Source: Patescibacteria group bacterium (lineage in GTDB: Bacteria > Patescibacteriota > Minisyncoccia > GCA-002772825). From it: a stretch of DNA of 64,000 bases. Positions 1 to 10,143 of the stretch are shown here, piece after piece (positions within the stretch are counted from its first letter, which is position 1; the number at the start of each line of letters is the position of its first letter). The DNA is taken from assembly GCA_024654625.1 (NCBI GenBank), contig JANLHB010000016.1, forward strand, positions 137 through 64,136, read 5' to 3'. The position numbers were made by a program, and so were the translations under genes. The notes under the pieces are model-generated. The model saw only the letters and a program-made list of their open reading frames with translations, did not search any database and was not told the origin of the DNA.

Positions 1-12
1 GATAGGGTTTTA

Positions 13-711
13 ATGAAAGAAACCAAAGATTTTAATAATCCTGTTTATGCGGCCGAGTTGGGTGGAGGAGCTCACCCTGACAGATATCATGATTTTTTCA
101 GTAAACTGCTCACAGAGCCAAGAGGGCACATAGACTGGGTAGATGTCTCTCCTTATATGCTGGATCTGGCGAAGAGGTACATAGGGGACGATAAGTATAA
201 AGGACGAGAAGAAGTAATAAGTTTTATCAAAAGTGATATTTTAGAATATATACGCGGTTTAGAAGATGGAAAGCTGGATATTGCCATAATGAAATACACT
301 ATTGATCATATAGAAAATATAGAAGGCTTGTTTAAATTACTTTCCAGTAAATTAAAGCCAGGCGGTAAATTAGTATCTACTATCGGAAGCACGAGTCCAG
401 AGCTAAAAAGTTATTCTACTAATGCGCGGTTTCTGTACAATGGAGAACCATTTCCGGATGATGAAGTGCGCGTGTTGAAAGATGGAGATAACTTTACGGT
501 TAAATTTTTTAAAGTGTCCGGCGACCCTAACGCCGGTTATCTTGAAGGAGCTGAGACTGTGAAATACTTTCACTCTGCCGATAAGTTTAGAGAGTTGGCT
601 GATACTTTCGGTTTTAATATTTATTTGGGAGATTGGAAAGGGCTTATTGACGAGAAAGATCAAGATGGTGAAAAAATGGATCAGGCTATTCTAATTTTAA
701 CAAAGAAATAA
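13..711 (+). CDS. Class I SAM-dependent methyltransferase (frame is open to the window edge, so may be 5'-partial)
   Basis: ELGGG motif I variant, VDVSPYMLDLA, LKPGGKLV; no in-frame stop between position 1 and the ATG at 13. Confidence 0.7.
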   Translation: MKETKDFNNPVYAAELGGGAHPDRYHDFFSKLLTEPRGHIDWVDVSPYMLDLAKRYIGDDKYKGREEVISFIKSDILEYIRGLEDGKLDIAIMKYTIDHIENIEGLFKLLSSKLKPGGKLVSTIGSTSPELKSYSTNARFLYNGEPFPDDEVRVLKDGDNFTVKFFKVSGDPNAGYLEGAETVKYFHSADKFRELADTFGFNIYLGDWKGLIDEKDQDGEKMDQAILILTKK

Positions 712-719
712 TAACCACC

Positions 720-1184
720 ATGCAAACGATAACACAATTTATGCAGAGTGATCATAAGAGGCTAGACGGGCTTTTTGAAAAGTTCCGTGAGCTTAAGAAC
801 GAGAGCCCGCAAGAAGCGAAGCAGAACTTCTGTCCTTTCAGAAGAGAGCTTTTCGTCCATATAGGGTGGGAGGAGGAGATACTTTTCCCGATCTTTGAAG
901 AGAAGACGGGGATGAAGGATAACGGCCCTACTTCTGTGATGAGGGCGGAGCATATTGAGATTAAAGATTTGCTTGACCGGATAAGGGAGGAGATAAAAGC
1001 AGGCAATTTCAATACAGGAGAAATGGAGAGCATTTTAGATAGTATCTTAAGAAGCCATAATGACAAGGAAGAGAATTTGCTTTACCCTTGGATTGACCAG
1101 TCAATTAAAGAGGAGGAGAGAAAGGCGATTTTTAATAAGATAAAAGAGATCACCCCGCCTAATACTTGCGGTTGTTCGCATTAG
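720..1184 (+). CDS. Hemerythrin (HHE cation-binding) domain protein
   Basis: DHKRLD...HIGWEEEILFP...EH...HNDKEENLLYP two-fold HHE pattern. Confidence 0.85.
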   Translation: MQTITQFMQSDHKRLDGLFEKFRELKNESPQEAKQNFCPFRRELFVHIGWEEEILFPIFEEKTGMKDNGPTSVMRAEHIEIKDLLDRIREEIKAGNFNTGEMESILDSILRSHNDKEENLLYPWIDQSIKEEERKAIFNKIKEITPPNTCGCSH

Positions 1185-1255
1185 AGATTCGGCTCTTTAG
1201 TTATACACATAATTATATTTATTTTTGGATTTAAAAAAGTTATTATAGAAATATA

Positions 1256-2017
1256 ATGAAAAAAGCTATAATTCTTTCCACCGTATCTTTCTTGGTATCT
1301 TTCGGGGCATTTATTTATATTTTGAAAAGAGTAGCTACTCCGGATTTATTTGTTCATAATCATTTATTGCATGGCGCGGTGATGATTGCTGTATGCCTCG
1401 TCTCATTTTTTGCGGCATATCGCGCTTATGTTTCTTATTCATATTCTAAAAACGTTTATGAATTGTTTTTAGCGCTAGCTTTTTATATATTCGGCTTCAT
1501 TTTCCTCGCTCACGGAGTTTTTGTGCCAGGTTTTTTATTTTTTGATGAGATGCTCTTTGATATATTTGAGCATACCGGATTGTTTCTTGGCTCCATTCTG
1601 TTTTTAGGGTTAGGCTTATCTCTATCTAAATGGAGAGAAGATATCTATAATAAAAGATCAAAAATTATTGCAGGTTTTATTGCCGCGACTGTCGCTTATC
1701 CTATTTTTATATTAGGGACACCGCCTATAGCTGAATATATAGGTTCCAAACTTGATATAATCACCGGTCTGACGGCAATCTCGTTCTTAATAAGCGCCCT
1801 TATATTATTGGTAAGGTACAAGGATGCCATAACTAACCTGATTTTATGCCTTATTGTAAGTTTTTCTATCTTGATAAATATCGGAATCATTCCTTTCTTT
1901 TATGAAGAATGGAATATCGTGTGGTGGTATTTTCATATATTAACATTAGTCGCTTTCTTGATTATTTTAACGGGCCTTCTCCGTACTGATAAATATAGGA
2001 TAACTAATAATGGTTGA
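1256..2017 (+). CDS. Polytopic membrane protein (about 7 TM, MASE-like sensor module without output domain)
   Basis: Successive hydrophobic segments; His-containing TMs (LLHG, FLAHG, WWYFH). Confidence 0.6.
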   Translation: MKKAIILSTVSFLVSFGAFIYILKRVATPDLFVHNHLLHGAVMIAVCLVSFFAAYRAYVSYSYSKNVYELFLALAFYIFGFIFLAHGVFVPGFLFFDEMLFDIFEHTGLFLGSILFLGLGLSLSKWREDIYNKRSKIIAGFIAATVAYPIFILGTPPIAEYIGSKLDIITGLTAISFLISALILLVRYKDAITNLILCLIVSFSILINIGIIPFFYEEWNIVWWYFHILTLVAFLIILTGLLRTDKYRITNNG

Positions 2018-2032
2018 TAGATTATATTATAA

Positions 2033-4495
2033 TTATTTATAATTTTCATTTATCTCCATCTCTATAAGATTTCTCGGCCTGCCATATTTAAGACTTGAGA
2101 ATTCTTTTATTTTTTCCGGCAATTGATAATCTCCATTCTTAAATGCAAATGTTTTTAAGTTGAATGGCTTGGCTGGTTGTCCGTTTACAAGCAGTTTTAC
2201 ATACGCATTGTAATTATCAATGTTTATAAGATCGCGTGCAGAGAAAGTCGGCTCAAATTGCGTTTTGAGGAATTCCGCGTCTTCGGCACCCACTCGGAAA
2301 GAGGCGATAGAGCCGACATTGCCGAATATCGCTTTCCTGATATTTTCCTCAATCTGTCCTATGAATTGGTTGGCGACGATAAGGTCAAGATGATATTTTC
2401 TGGCCTCTGACAATATGGTTGATATTGAATCTGTAGTGACATTTTGGAATTCGTCTATGTATAGGTAGAAGTCCTTACGTTCTCTCTCCGGCATATTTAC
2501 TCGAGAGAGGGAAGCCATCAAGATTTTGCCGACAATTATAAGCCCTAGAAGATTTGAATTTAGATCGCCAAGCCGTCCTTTGGATAGGTTAATGAGGAGT
2601 ATTTTTTGGTCGTCCATTATTCTTCTGAAGTTGAAAGAAGAATTTTTCTGGACTAATATCGGCCTCATAACATCGTTTGATATGAATGTGTCAAACTTGC
2701 TTGTGATATAAGGAACAATATTTGAAAGAGAGGCTTCACCGCCGGCTTTCTCCGCCACATCGCGCCAAAATGATTTTACCACAGGGTTAAGGCAGGCGGC
2801 GATTTTTCTGTCACGGAAATCTTTGTCTGATAAGACTCTGGATATATCAATAAGAGTTGCCGTTGACTTGGGGTCGTCTATTGCAAGCATTGTCGCGTTC
2901 CTGAAGTATTGTTCAAACATCGGTCCTCCGGCGACTTTCATATCAAACAGCTTATTGAATATCCCCAATAGTTCGTTTACCACGAAAGTTTTCTGGTCCG
3001 GATAGAGAGGGTCATACTCAAGCATGTTGAGACCCATCGGCATCGCAGTATTTGCCGGGTCAAAGTAGATTACATCTTCAATTCTTTCTTTCGGTATTAT
3101 ACTTAAAATATCTTCTATATCTGAGCCATGCGGGTCTATATAACAGACGCCTCTTCCTTCTTTAATATCTTGCGCAATCATATTTTTCATTAGACTTGTC
3201 TTTCCGGTGCCAGTTTGTCCTATAATGTATAAATGCCTCCGTCTGTCATCTTCCCCAATATAGACAAGGTTTTTGTCCCCGTGGAAATTGTTCTCACCAA
3301 CCACAACTCCATCTTCCGGCATATTTTGAGGCGCAGGCGCTTCGTTTAGCCTGGCTTGCTTTAAGTGCGGAGAAGAAGTTATCCCGACTGGGAAATGGAA
3401 AATGCTGGTTAACTCAGCCGTATTTAAAGGGATAATCATTTTTTTATTAAAAAGACGAAAAGAGAATTCCAAAAATAAGTTTCTTAAGGCTTTACCTTTT
3501 AATCTCTTGAATTTTAGACTATTTCCGTGAGGAGCGCTAAATTGCAGAAACGCGCTTTCTATTTCATTTAAAATTGATTCGGCTTTGCCTTTGTCGCGCG
3601 AAGAGGCGATGAGGCGTATATTTGATGATAATATATGGCGTGACGCTTTCTCTTCAAGGAGTTTTTTTATTTCTTCGTCTGCGGTTATCGGGTCTTTATT
3701 CTCGTCTTTTTTCTTAGGAGTATTCCCTAAAATTATTTCATCAATAAGGCTGAAGACGGCGTCAAGCCACCCTTCTTTAGACATAGCTTTGCTTAGAGTT
3801 TCTCCTTTTCTGACTTTATCAAGAGTTGATTTTACTTTTTTAAGAAGAAAAGTGTTTGGCGCGGGTGAAACTACGAGTTGAAGCGCGGCTCCTTCTCCTT
3901 CTTTTTTCAATTTTGAAAAAGTGTTGATGATTGTAGAGAGCGGATCGGCATTAAACTTATCATATGTTTTTATCGGCAGAACATCATAAGTTGAAAGAGA
4001 ACCGATCGCGCCGGCATTTTCTCCTTCATATCTGAATATATTATAATCATCTTTAACCTCTCTTAATTTCGCGCTTGGAAAAAGCGCGTGAAGGTGTTTT
4101 TCAAAAATTTGTATTTTGGCTCTTGGCACGGCGGAGAAGAATGAAACTTCTGTCCCGTTTGCTGGTAGTCCGATCTCTAAAACAAAATACGGGTTATCTT
4201 CAAACCATGATCCTTTCATATCTTTTATCGCAATCATGCCTGAATAGAATTCCTCCATTACGGAGATGATGTCTTTGAATGTTTTTGTCTGGTCTTTTTC
4301 TGCTTCTTGGTGGGGGAGTGTGATCTCCACCAGAGCCATATTCAGAGACCATATCAGGCGGTGCTTGAAACTTGAACGATGAAGAAAGAATAAAATCAAC
4401 CAATATATTAATACTAAAAGTATTCCCAATATTAAGGCAATAAGCACAATGTCGTATGGAATGGAAGATGAATTAAATGGTAAATTTTTTATCAT
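2033..4495 (-). CDS. TraG/VirD4/HerA-like P-loop ATPase with N-terminal TM anchor
   Basis: RRRHLYIIGQTGTGKT Walker A, IDPHG, LYIDEFQN Walker B, SEARKY. Confidence 0.85.
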   Translation of the reverse strand: MIKNLPFNSSSIPYDIVLIALILGILLVLIYWLILFFLHRSSFKHRLIWSLNMALVEITLPHQEAEKDQTKTFKDIISVMEEFYSGMIAIKDMKGSWFEDNPYFVLEIGLPANGTEVSFFSAVPRAKIQIFEKHLHALFPSAKLREVKDDYNIFRYEGENAGAIGSLSTYDVLPIKTYDKFNADPLSTIINTFSKLKKEGEGAALQLVVSPAPNTFLLKKVKSTLDKVRKGETLSKAMSKEGWLDAVFSLIDEIILGNTPKKKDENKDPITADEEIKKLLEEKASRHILSSNIRLIASSRDKGKAESILNEIESAFLQFSAPHGNSLKFKRLKGKALRNLFLEFSFRLFNKKMIIPLNTAELTSIFHFPVGITSSPHLKQARLNEAPAPQNMPEDGVVVGENNFHGDKNLVYIGEDDRRRHLYIIGQTGTGKTSLMKNMIAQDIKEGRGVCYIDPHGSDIEDILSIIPKERIEDVIYFDPANTAMPMGLNMLEYDPLYPDQKTFVVNELLGIFNKLFDMKVAGGPMFEQYFRNATMLAIDDPKSTATLIDISRVLSDKDFRDRKIAACLNPVVKSFWRDVAEKAGGEASLSNIVPYITSKFDTFISNDVMRPILVQKNSSFNFRRIMDDQKILLINLSKGRLGDLNSNLLGLIIVGKILMASLSRVNMPERERKDFYLYIDEFQNVTTDSISTILSEARKYHLDLIVANQFIGQIEENIRKAIFGNVGSIASFRVGAEDAEFLKTQFEPTFSARDLINIDNYNAYVKLLVNGQPAKPFNLKTFAFKNGDYQLPEKIKEFSSLKYGRPRNLIEMEINENYK

Positions 4496-4501
4496 TTATG
4501 A

Positions 4502-4900
4502 TTAATTGGCATTTTCTGATATTTTTCTGGCAAGCGCTCTTTCAAAATCATCTAATAAATGAGCATTGCCTGTTTTTGATATTAGATTAACGGCATTGAT
4601 GATGCCTTTTTCTTTAGCAAGATTTAATAATTCAATTATTTGCCGGTCATGCTCTTCGGCCGGCAAATCAAAAATTGATGCATTATGTTTTCCCAGCTCT
4701 TCGGTATTTGGAACATACTTATATTCTTCATGAAGCGTCTCTTTAGGCGCTTTTTTTGTGTGTTCTTTTACCGCTTCAATAACAGCCTCTTTGTTTCCTT
4801 CGGGAGAGACTGTTTTTAGCTCTTCAATCCGCTTTTTTAATGACTCAATCTCTTCTTCGGGCGATCTAAATTGTTTTGATTGTTCCGGTGTATTTAACAT
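4502..4900 (-). CDS. Hypothetical protein, probably co-transcribed with the ATPase
   Basis: 132 aa ORF ending 6 bp before the ATPase start; TATAAT 7 nt before its ATG. Confidence 0.7.
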   Translation of the reverse strand: MLNTPEQSKQFRSPEEEIESLKKRIEELKTVSPEGNKEAVIEAVKEHTKKAPKETLHEEYKYVPNTEELGKHNASIFDLPAEEHDRQIIELLNLAKEKGIINAVNLISKTGNAHLLDDFERALARKISENAN

Positions 4901-5139
4901 TGATTAAATTATAGCACTTTAAGACAGTAAAATGAAAGGGTTTTTCCACTGATTTTTAAAGAGCCAGTGGACAAGTTTATTTTTTTGTTTTTTAAGTTGC
5001 TTTTTTAGCGTTCTCCACTTCCTTTGGCTCGCAATGTTTTGTTATAATGCCAATACAAATTATAAATATTAATTCTCCCCTTATTTTTCTTTTTTAATTT
5101 TTAATTAGAGATGAAAAATAAGGGGAAGCACTAAAAAAT

Positions 5140-7419
5140 ATGGTTAAAGGAGTTGAGGCCACAAAAAACGTTTCCAAACTTATAAAAAGCATAAAGAAAC
5201 GCGACGGGAAGATTGTCCCTTTTGATATTAACAGGATTTCAAGTGCCGTGGGCAAAGCGATGAAATCTACCGGTGAGGGAGGAGAGTTTGACGCTCATAG
5301 AATAGCTGAAAAGGTAGTTCTTTATCTATATAAAACCAATATTAAGAATAAGTATTTCATCCCTACTGTGGAGGAAGTCCAAGATACTGTGGAAAGGGAG
5401 CTTATCTGGGAAGATTTTGCCGATACTGCCAAGGCTTATATTATTTATCGCGACAGGAGGGCGCAAGTGCGCGCGCAAGAATCGCAGGTTCCTGAAAATG
5501 TGAAGAAGCTTACGGAAGAAAGCAGTAAATATTTTAAAAATCAATTGGCGGAATTTATTTTCTATAGAACTTATGCCAGATGGGTTGAAAGTGAAGGAAG
5601 AAGAGAGACGTGGATTGAAACTGTTGACCGCTATATTGATTTTATGAAAGAGAATTTAAAAGGCAAACTTAGCGATGTTGAATATAAAGAAGTGAGAGAA
5701 GCGATATTAAGGCAAGATGCGATGCCATCTATGAGGCTGTTTCAATTTGCCGGCAAGCCGGCGCGTGAGACGAACGTTTGCGCTTACAACTGTTCATTTA
5801 TCGCTCCTTCAAGATTGCAGGACTTCGGAGAGATTATGTATATTTTAATGTGTGGAACAGGTCTTGGTTTTTCTGTTGAGAGCAGGAATGTTCAAGCATT
5901 ACCGCAGATAAAAGAACAAAGCGGTAAGAAACTTCCGGTATATGTTATTGCTGATAGTAAAGAAGGCTGGGCTGATGCTATTGTTCATGGGATGAAAACT
6001 TGGTTTGATGGGAATGATGTTGAGTTTGATTATTCAAAGTTGCGGCCAGCCGGAGCAAGGCTTAAGACTTTTGGAGGAAGATCATCCGGTCCTGATCCAT
6101 TAAGACAGGTGCTTGAGTTTACCCGCGAGAAGATATTGAAGAAACAGGGCAGGAGGCTCTTAAATATAGATGTGCATGATATTGTATGCAAAATAGGCGA
6201 AGTGGTTGTTTCGGGCGGAGTGAGAAGAAGCGCCTTGATATCACTCTCAGACCTTGATGATGTGGAAATGCGAGACGCAAAGAAAGGACAGTTTTATCTG
6301 GCAGAACCACATAGAATGCTTGCGAATAATTCCGCTGTTTATTTAGAAAAGCCAAGCAATGAAGAGTTTATGGATGAATGGGTGGCTCTTATGAAGAGTC
6401 GTTCCGGCGAAAGGGGCATATTCAATAGAGGGGGGTTATTAAAAACTATTCCGGAAAGACGTATTAAGGTTTTAGGAGGACATATTAATGACTTGGGGGT
6501 TAATCCTTGCGGAGAGATAATTCTTCAACCAAGGCAATTTTGCAACCTTTCTGAAATAGTGGCGCGCGCCATAGATGATGAGAAAAGTCTTTTAAAGAAG
6601 ATGAAGATCGCGGTTATTTTAGGGACTTATCAGTCTACTCTCACAAATTTTAAATATCTTTCTAAAGAATGGAAAGAAAATTGCGAGAAAGAACGGTTGC
6701 TTGGCATTTCTATTACCGGCCAGTGGGATTGCCCGGCTGTCCGTGACGGAAAAGTGTTAGAAAAGCTTAAAAATGAAGCGGTCAGATTAAATAAAATATA
6801 TGCCAAAAAGTTTGGCGTGAATCAATCCACTTCCATTACTTGCATTAAACCGTCAGGCACACTTTCTCAGCTTGTGGATTCTTCATCAGGAATGCATCCA
6901 AGGCACGCAAAGTATTATATAAGGCGTGTAAGGATTTCAGCTACAGATCCTTTATTTAAAATGATGAAAGATCAGAAGTTCCCATATAAGCCGGAAGTCG
7001 GCCAGAATATGGACGAAGCTCATACTTTCGTTTTAGAGTTTCCTGTTAAGGCGCCATCAGGGTCTATTTTTAAAGATGATATGAATGCGATAGAGCAATT
7101 GGAACACTGGAAGATGGTGAAGAATTATTATACAGAGCATAATCCTTCAGTGACTATCTCTGTGGGGGAGAATGAATGGCTTGGAGTCTCTAACTGGCTT
7201 TATGAGAATTGGGATCTTGTAGGTGGTTTATCGTTCCTGCCGAGGGAAGATCATGTCTACTTACTCGCTCCTTATGAAGCTATTAGTAAAGAAAGATATG
7301 AAGAGATGGTAAATAAGCTAGGGAAGATTGATTTTTCAAGAATCGTGTTGCATGAGGCGCAGGATAACACTGAAGTAAAAAAAGAGCTTGCATGCGCCGC
7401 AGGTACTTGCGAGATATAG
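5140..7419 (+). CDS. nrdJ: Class II (adenosylcobalamin-dependent) ribonucleotide reductase with N-terminal ATP cone
   Basis: IKKRDG ATP cone, MPSMR, AYNC, GGVRRSALI, NPCGEI, TCIKPSGT, C-terminal CAAGTC. Confidence 0.92.
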   Translation: MVKGVEATKNVSKLIKSIKKRDGKIVPFDINRISSAVGKAMKSTGEGGEFDAHRIAEKVVLYLYKTNIKNKYFIPTVEEVQDTVERELIWEDFADTAKAYIIYRDRRAQVRAQESQVPENVKKLTEESSKYFKNQLAEFIFYRTYARWVESEGRRETWIETVDRYIDFMKENLKGKLSDVEYKEVREAILRQDAMPSMRLFQFAGKPARETNVCAYNCSFIAPSRLQDFGEIMYILMCGTGLGFSVESRNVQALPQIKEQSGKKLPVYVIADSKEGWADAIVHGMKTWFDGNDVEFDYSKLRPAGARLKTFGGRSSGPDPLRQVLEFTREKILKKQGRRLLNIDVHDIVCKIGEVVVSGGVRRSALISLSDLDDVEMRDAKKGQFYLAEPHRMLANNSAVYLEKPSNEEFMDEWVALMKSRSGERGIFNRGGLLKTIPERRIKVLGGHINDLGVNPCGEIILQPRQFCNLSEIVARAIDDEKSLLKKMKIAVILGTYQSTLTNFKYLSKEWKENCEKERLLGISITGQWDCPAVRDGKVLEKLKNEAVRLNKIYAKKFGVNQSTSITCIKPSGTLSQLVDSSSGMHPRHAKYYIRRVRISATDPLFKMMKDQKFPYKPEVGQNMDEAHTFVLEFPVKAPSGSIFKDDMNAIEQLEHWKMVKNYYTEHNPSVTISVGENEWLGVSNWLYENWDLVGGLSFLPREDHVYLLAPYEAISKERYEEMVNKLGKIDFSRIVLHEAQDNTEVKKELACAAGTCEI

Positions 7420-7424
7420 GACTT

Positions 7425-7470
7425 ACCCCGTCGCTCCTGCCTACCGGCAGGCAGGCGCGAGCGACGGGGT
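7425..7470. repeat. Composite palindrome: outer ACCCCGTCGCTC/GAGCGACGGGGT stem with inner CCTGCCTACCGGCAGGCAGG; near copy inverted at 43170-43217
   Basis: Read directly; lies 5 bp after the nrdJ stop. Confidence 0.9.
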
Positions 7471-7498
7471 TGCATATTTGCTAATATAGTGGTATAAT
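7470..7498 (+). promoter_or_regulatory. Sigma70-type promoter of rnpB
   Basis: TTGCAT-17 nt-TATAAT ending 8 nt before the P1 5' strand. Confidence 0.65.
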
Positions 7499-7506
7499 TT
7501 AATATA

Positions 7507-8074
7507 GTTTACGTTGGGTAATCGCTCTGTTTTTAAAAAACAGGGAGGAAAGTCCGAACACCCTCCAATCCGCTCCGCCAGCTGGCGGACGGATTGAGAG
7601 AAGTAAGCAGAGGGTAATACCCTCCGCTCCAGCAGTGATGTTGGGGTAGGGAAATCCCGATTTTGATTTATCAAAATCGAGGACACTCGACCAGTAAGGT
7701 CGGTGGTGCCACAGAGACAATACTAGTCCGCCTCGGCGGACAAAAGGTGAAAAGACTGAAGGTGTTCCGCCGGTTAGCGGATGCTACCTCAGTGTTATAA
7801 TCGGCAACGATTATAAGTGGTAAACCCTGTTTGGTGCAAGGCCGTGTTGCCAGCGCTTCGCATTGGAAATCCGAAACTCGAATATCGAAATTCGAAACAA
7901 ATACTAAAATTCAAAATTGTTTCGTGCTTCGGATTTATGATTTCGTGCTTCCAATGCGTAGCGTTGGCAGAGTGCCGCTTGATTCCGCTTGGCAACTGGC
8001 GGAACAGATAAATGATTATCGCTGTTTTTACTCTCGGGTAAATTCAGTACAGAATTCGGCTTATAGACGTAAAC
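7507..8074 (+). ncRNA. rnpB: RNase P RNA, unusually long (about 568 nt)
   Basis: GAGGAAAGTCC (7545), GTGCCACAGA, GGTGAAA, GGTAAACCC, GTGCAAG, AGATAAATGAT, ACAGAATTCGGCTTATA (8049); P1 pairing GTTTACGT/ACGTAAAC. Confidence 0.95.
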
Positions 8075-8080
8075 ATGAAT

Positions 8081-8118
8081 AAATGAAAAATCCATCTTAA
8101 CGGGTGGATTTTTCATTT
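8081..8118. terminator. Bidirectional intrinsic terminator between rnpB and the MerR-like gene
   Basis: AAATGAAAAATCCATC...GGTGGATTTTTCATTT inverted repeat. Confidence 0.7.
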
Positions 8119-8341
8119 ATTCATCAATAATGAGTCTTTTGTTTGTTGATATTTTGAAATTATTTTTCTTTATAAAGGATTCTATTTCAGGGATTCTATA
8201 AATGCGATAATTATTTTTTGAGTCTCTTTTTGCTTCGAATTTTCCGATTTCGTCCCATATTCTTAAAGTCTGTGGAGATACTCCTAAAAGAAGCGAGGCC
8301 TCTTTGATTGTAAGATACTTTATCCCCATGCGTCTTTTCAT
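8117..8341 (-). CDS. Small MerR-family/excisionase-like HTH protein
   Basis: YLTIKEASLLLGVSPQTLRIWD...NNYRIY. Confidence 0.8.
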   Translation of the reverse strand: MKRRMGIKYLTIKEASLLLGVSPQTLRIWDEIGKFEAKRDSKNNYRIYRIPEIESFIKKNNFKISTNKRLIIDE

Positions 8342-8391
8342 ATATTATATCGTATAATACTTTAATCGGTTTTTGAAGTGTTTTTGTTAAA

Positions 8392-10089
8392 ATGGTAAAA
8401 AGAATATTGGATTTTGTGTATAAGGGTTTTGACGGCTTACATGAAGCGGCGCTTCTTCTGGCATTATCCGCTTTGGGTTCTCAGATTTTGGCGCTGTTTC
8501 GCGACAGGCTTCTTGCCGGTAAGTTTGGCGCAGGGTTAGAGCTTGATATATATTATGCATCTTTTAGGATTCCGGATTTGGTATATGTTTTTGCCGTCTC
8601 TTTAATTGTCTCAGTTTCTGTATTGATACCGGTCTTTTTAGGTAAACTTTCTGATGAGAAGAAAACAAAAAATGAAAGAAAAGAGGAAGCTTCTCGGTTT
8701 ATAAATTCAGTTTTTAGTATTTTTATGATACTAATACTTTCTTTGGCAGTAATTTTATTCTTTTTTGTTCCTTATCTGGTGAAATTTATCGCCCCTGGTT
8801 TTGGCGAAAATGAAGCGAAAGAAATTATCGCCCTGACGAGGATCCTTCTTCTTTCTCCTGTTTTTTTGGGGCTTTCGGGAATACTCTCAAGTATTACTCA
8901 ATCTTTCAATAAATTTTTTATTTATGCTCTTGCGCCGATATTTTATAATTTGGGGATAATATTTGGGATTATTTTCTTGTATCCTGTTTTTGGGTTAAAC
9001 GGACTCGCCACGGGGGTATTATTTGGCGCTTTTCTCCATTTTGCAATTCAGATTCCTGTCGTATATAAACTTGGTTTCTTGCCGAGGTTTGAGATAGTAA
9101 GAAACCTTTCTGACATAAAGAAAGTTTTTCTGCTCTCTCTTCCGCGTGCTTTCGGTCTCTCGGTTACTCAGTTTGTGATTACCATATTCGTGGCTTTGGC
9201 TTCTAAGATAAGTATCGGCAGTATTACTGTTTTTACTTTTGCTTTCAATCTTCAGTCTGTATCTCTTGCTGTGATAGGGGCGAGTTATTCAGTAGCCGCT
9301 TTTCCGACTTTAGCGCGCTTTTTTACAGAGAACAGAAGAGAAGAATTTTTGAATCACATATTGATAGCCGGAAGACATATCATCTTTTGGTCTGTGCCTT
9401 TGGCAGGGCTTTTCATCGTGCTTAGGGCTCAGATTGTCAGGGTAATATTGGGGACAGGCGCTTTTGACTGGGCTGACACGAGGCTTGTGGCAGCGGCTTT
9501 AGCTGTATTTATTTTTTCGCTTGTCTCTCAGAGTCTAGTACTTTTATTTGTTCGCGGTTATTATGCTTCAGGCGAAACGAAGAAGCCGATAATTATCAAT
9601 ATTGTTTCCTCAGTTATTATAATTATTTCAGCTTTTCTCTTTATAAGGTTATTTAATTCTTTTCCTTTCATTCGTATTTTCTTTGAAGACCTTTTAAGGA
9701 TCAATGGCGTTGATGGTTCAACAGTGATAGCTTTGCCGATTGCTTATTCATTCGGAGTGCTTTTAAACGGTATTATATTATGGAGAATTTTTGAAAAAGA
9801 TTTTGGCAGGTTATCCGGCTTACGCAGGGTGAGTGCCCAATCGGTTGCTTCAACTGTTGTTATTGGCGTAGTAGCTTATGTATCTCTTTCTGTATTTAAT
9901 AATATTTTTGATATAAATACTTTTATAGGGATATTTTTTCAAGGATTATTGTCAGGGATGATAGGTATTGTGGCTGGAGTCAGCGTGTTGCTTATTCTTA
10001 AAAATAGGGAATTGGAAGAAATCATCAAGTCTTTTCGCCATAAATTTTGGCGAACCAAGCCTATTGCTCCACAGCCTGAGGAGTTGTAA
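8392..10089 (+). CDS. murJ: Lipid II flippase MurJ/MviN
   Basis: RDRLLAGKFGAG, DIYYASFRIPD, 13-14 TM segments. Confidence 0.88.
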   Translation: MVKRILDFVYKGFDGLHEAALLLALSALGSQILALFRDRLLAGKFGAGLELDIYYASFRIPDLVYVFAVSLIVSVSVLIPVFLGKLSDEKKTKNERKEEASRFINSVFSIFMILILSLAVILFFFVPYLVKFIAPGFGENEAKEIIALTRILLLSPVFLGLSGILSSITQSFNKFFIYALAPIFYNLGIIFGIIFLYPVFGLNGLATGVLFGAFLHFAIQIPVVYKLGFLPRFEIVRNLSDIKKVFLLSLPRAFGLSVTQFVITIFVALASKISIGSITVFTFAFNLQSVSLAVIGASYSVAAFPTLARFFTENRREEFLNHILIAGRHIIFWSVPLAGLFIVLRAQIVRVILGTGAFDWADTRLVAAALAVFIFSLVSQSLVLLFVRGYYASGETKKPIIINIVSSVIIIISAFLFIRLFNSFPFIRIFFEDLLRINGVDGSTVIALPIAYSFGVLLNGIILWRIFEKDFGRLSGLRRVSAQSVASTVVIGVVAYVSLSVFNNIFDINTFIGIFFQGLLSGMIGIVAGVSVLLILKNRELEEIIKSFRHKFWRTKPIAPQPEEL

Positions 10090-10143
10090 AAATATTTAAA
10101 TAGTAAGATAATGGATAATTATAGATGTTAACTAATAAAAAAT

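Noticed and set aside
2033-4900. VirD4-like ATPase as a conjugative element
   Set aside because: No relaxase, VirB genes, integrase or att sites; such stand-alone ATPases are common chromosomal genes in CPR
4901-5139. Cobalamin riboswitch or NrdR boxes upstream of nrdJ
   Set aside because: Conserved B12-box and NrdR-box patterns were not recognisable
7441-8116. Six short ORFs on both strands in the ORF track
   Set aside because: They overlap the RNase P RNA and show no protein motifs
8117-8341. MerR/excisionase-like gene as a prophage or ICE remnant at rnpB
   Set aside because: No integrase, direct repeats or phage genes adjacent
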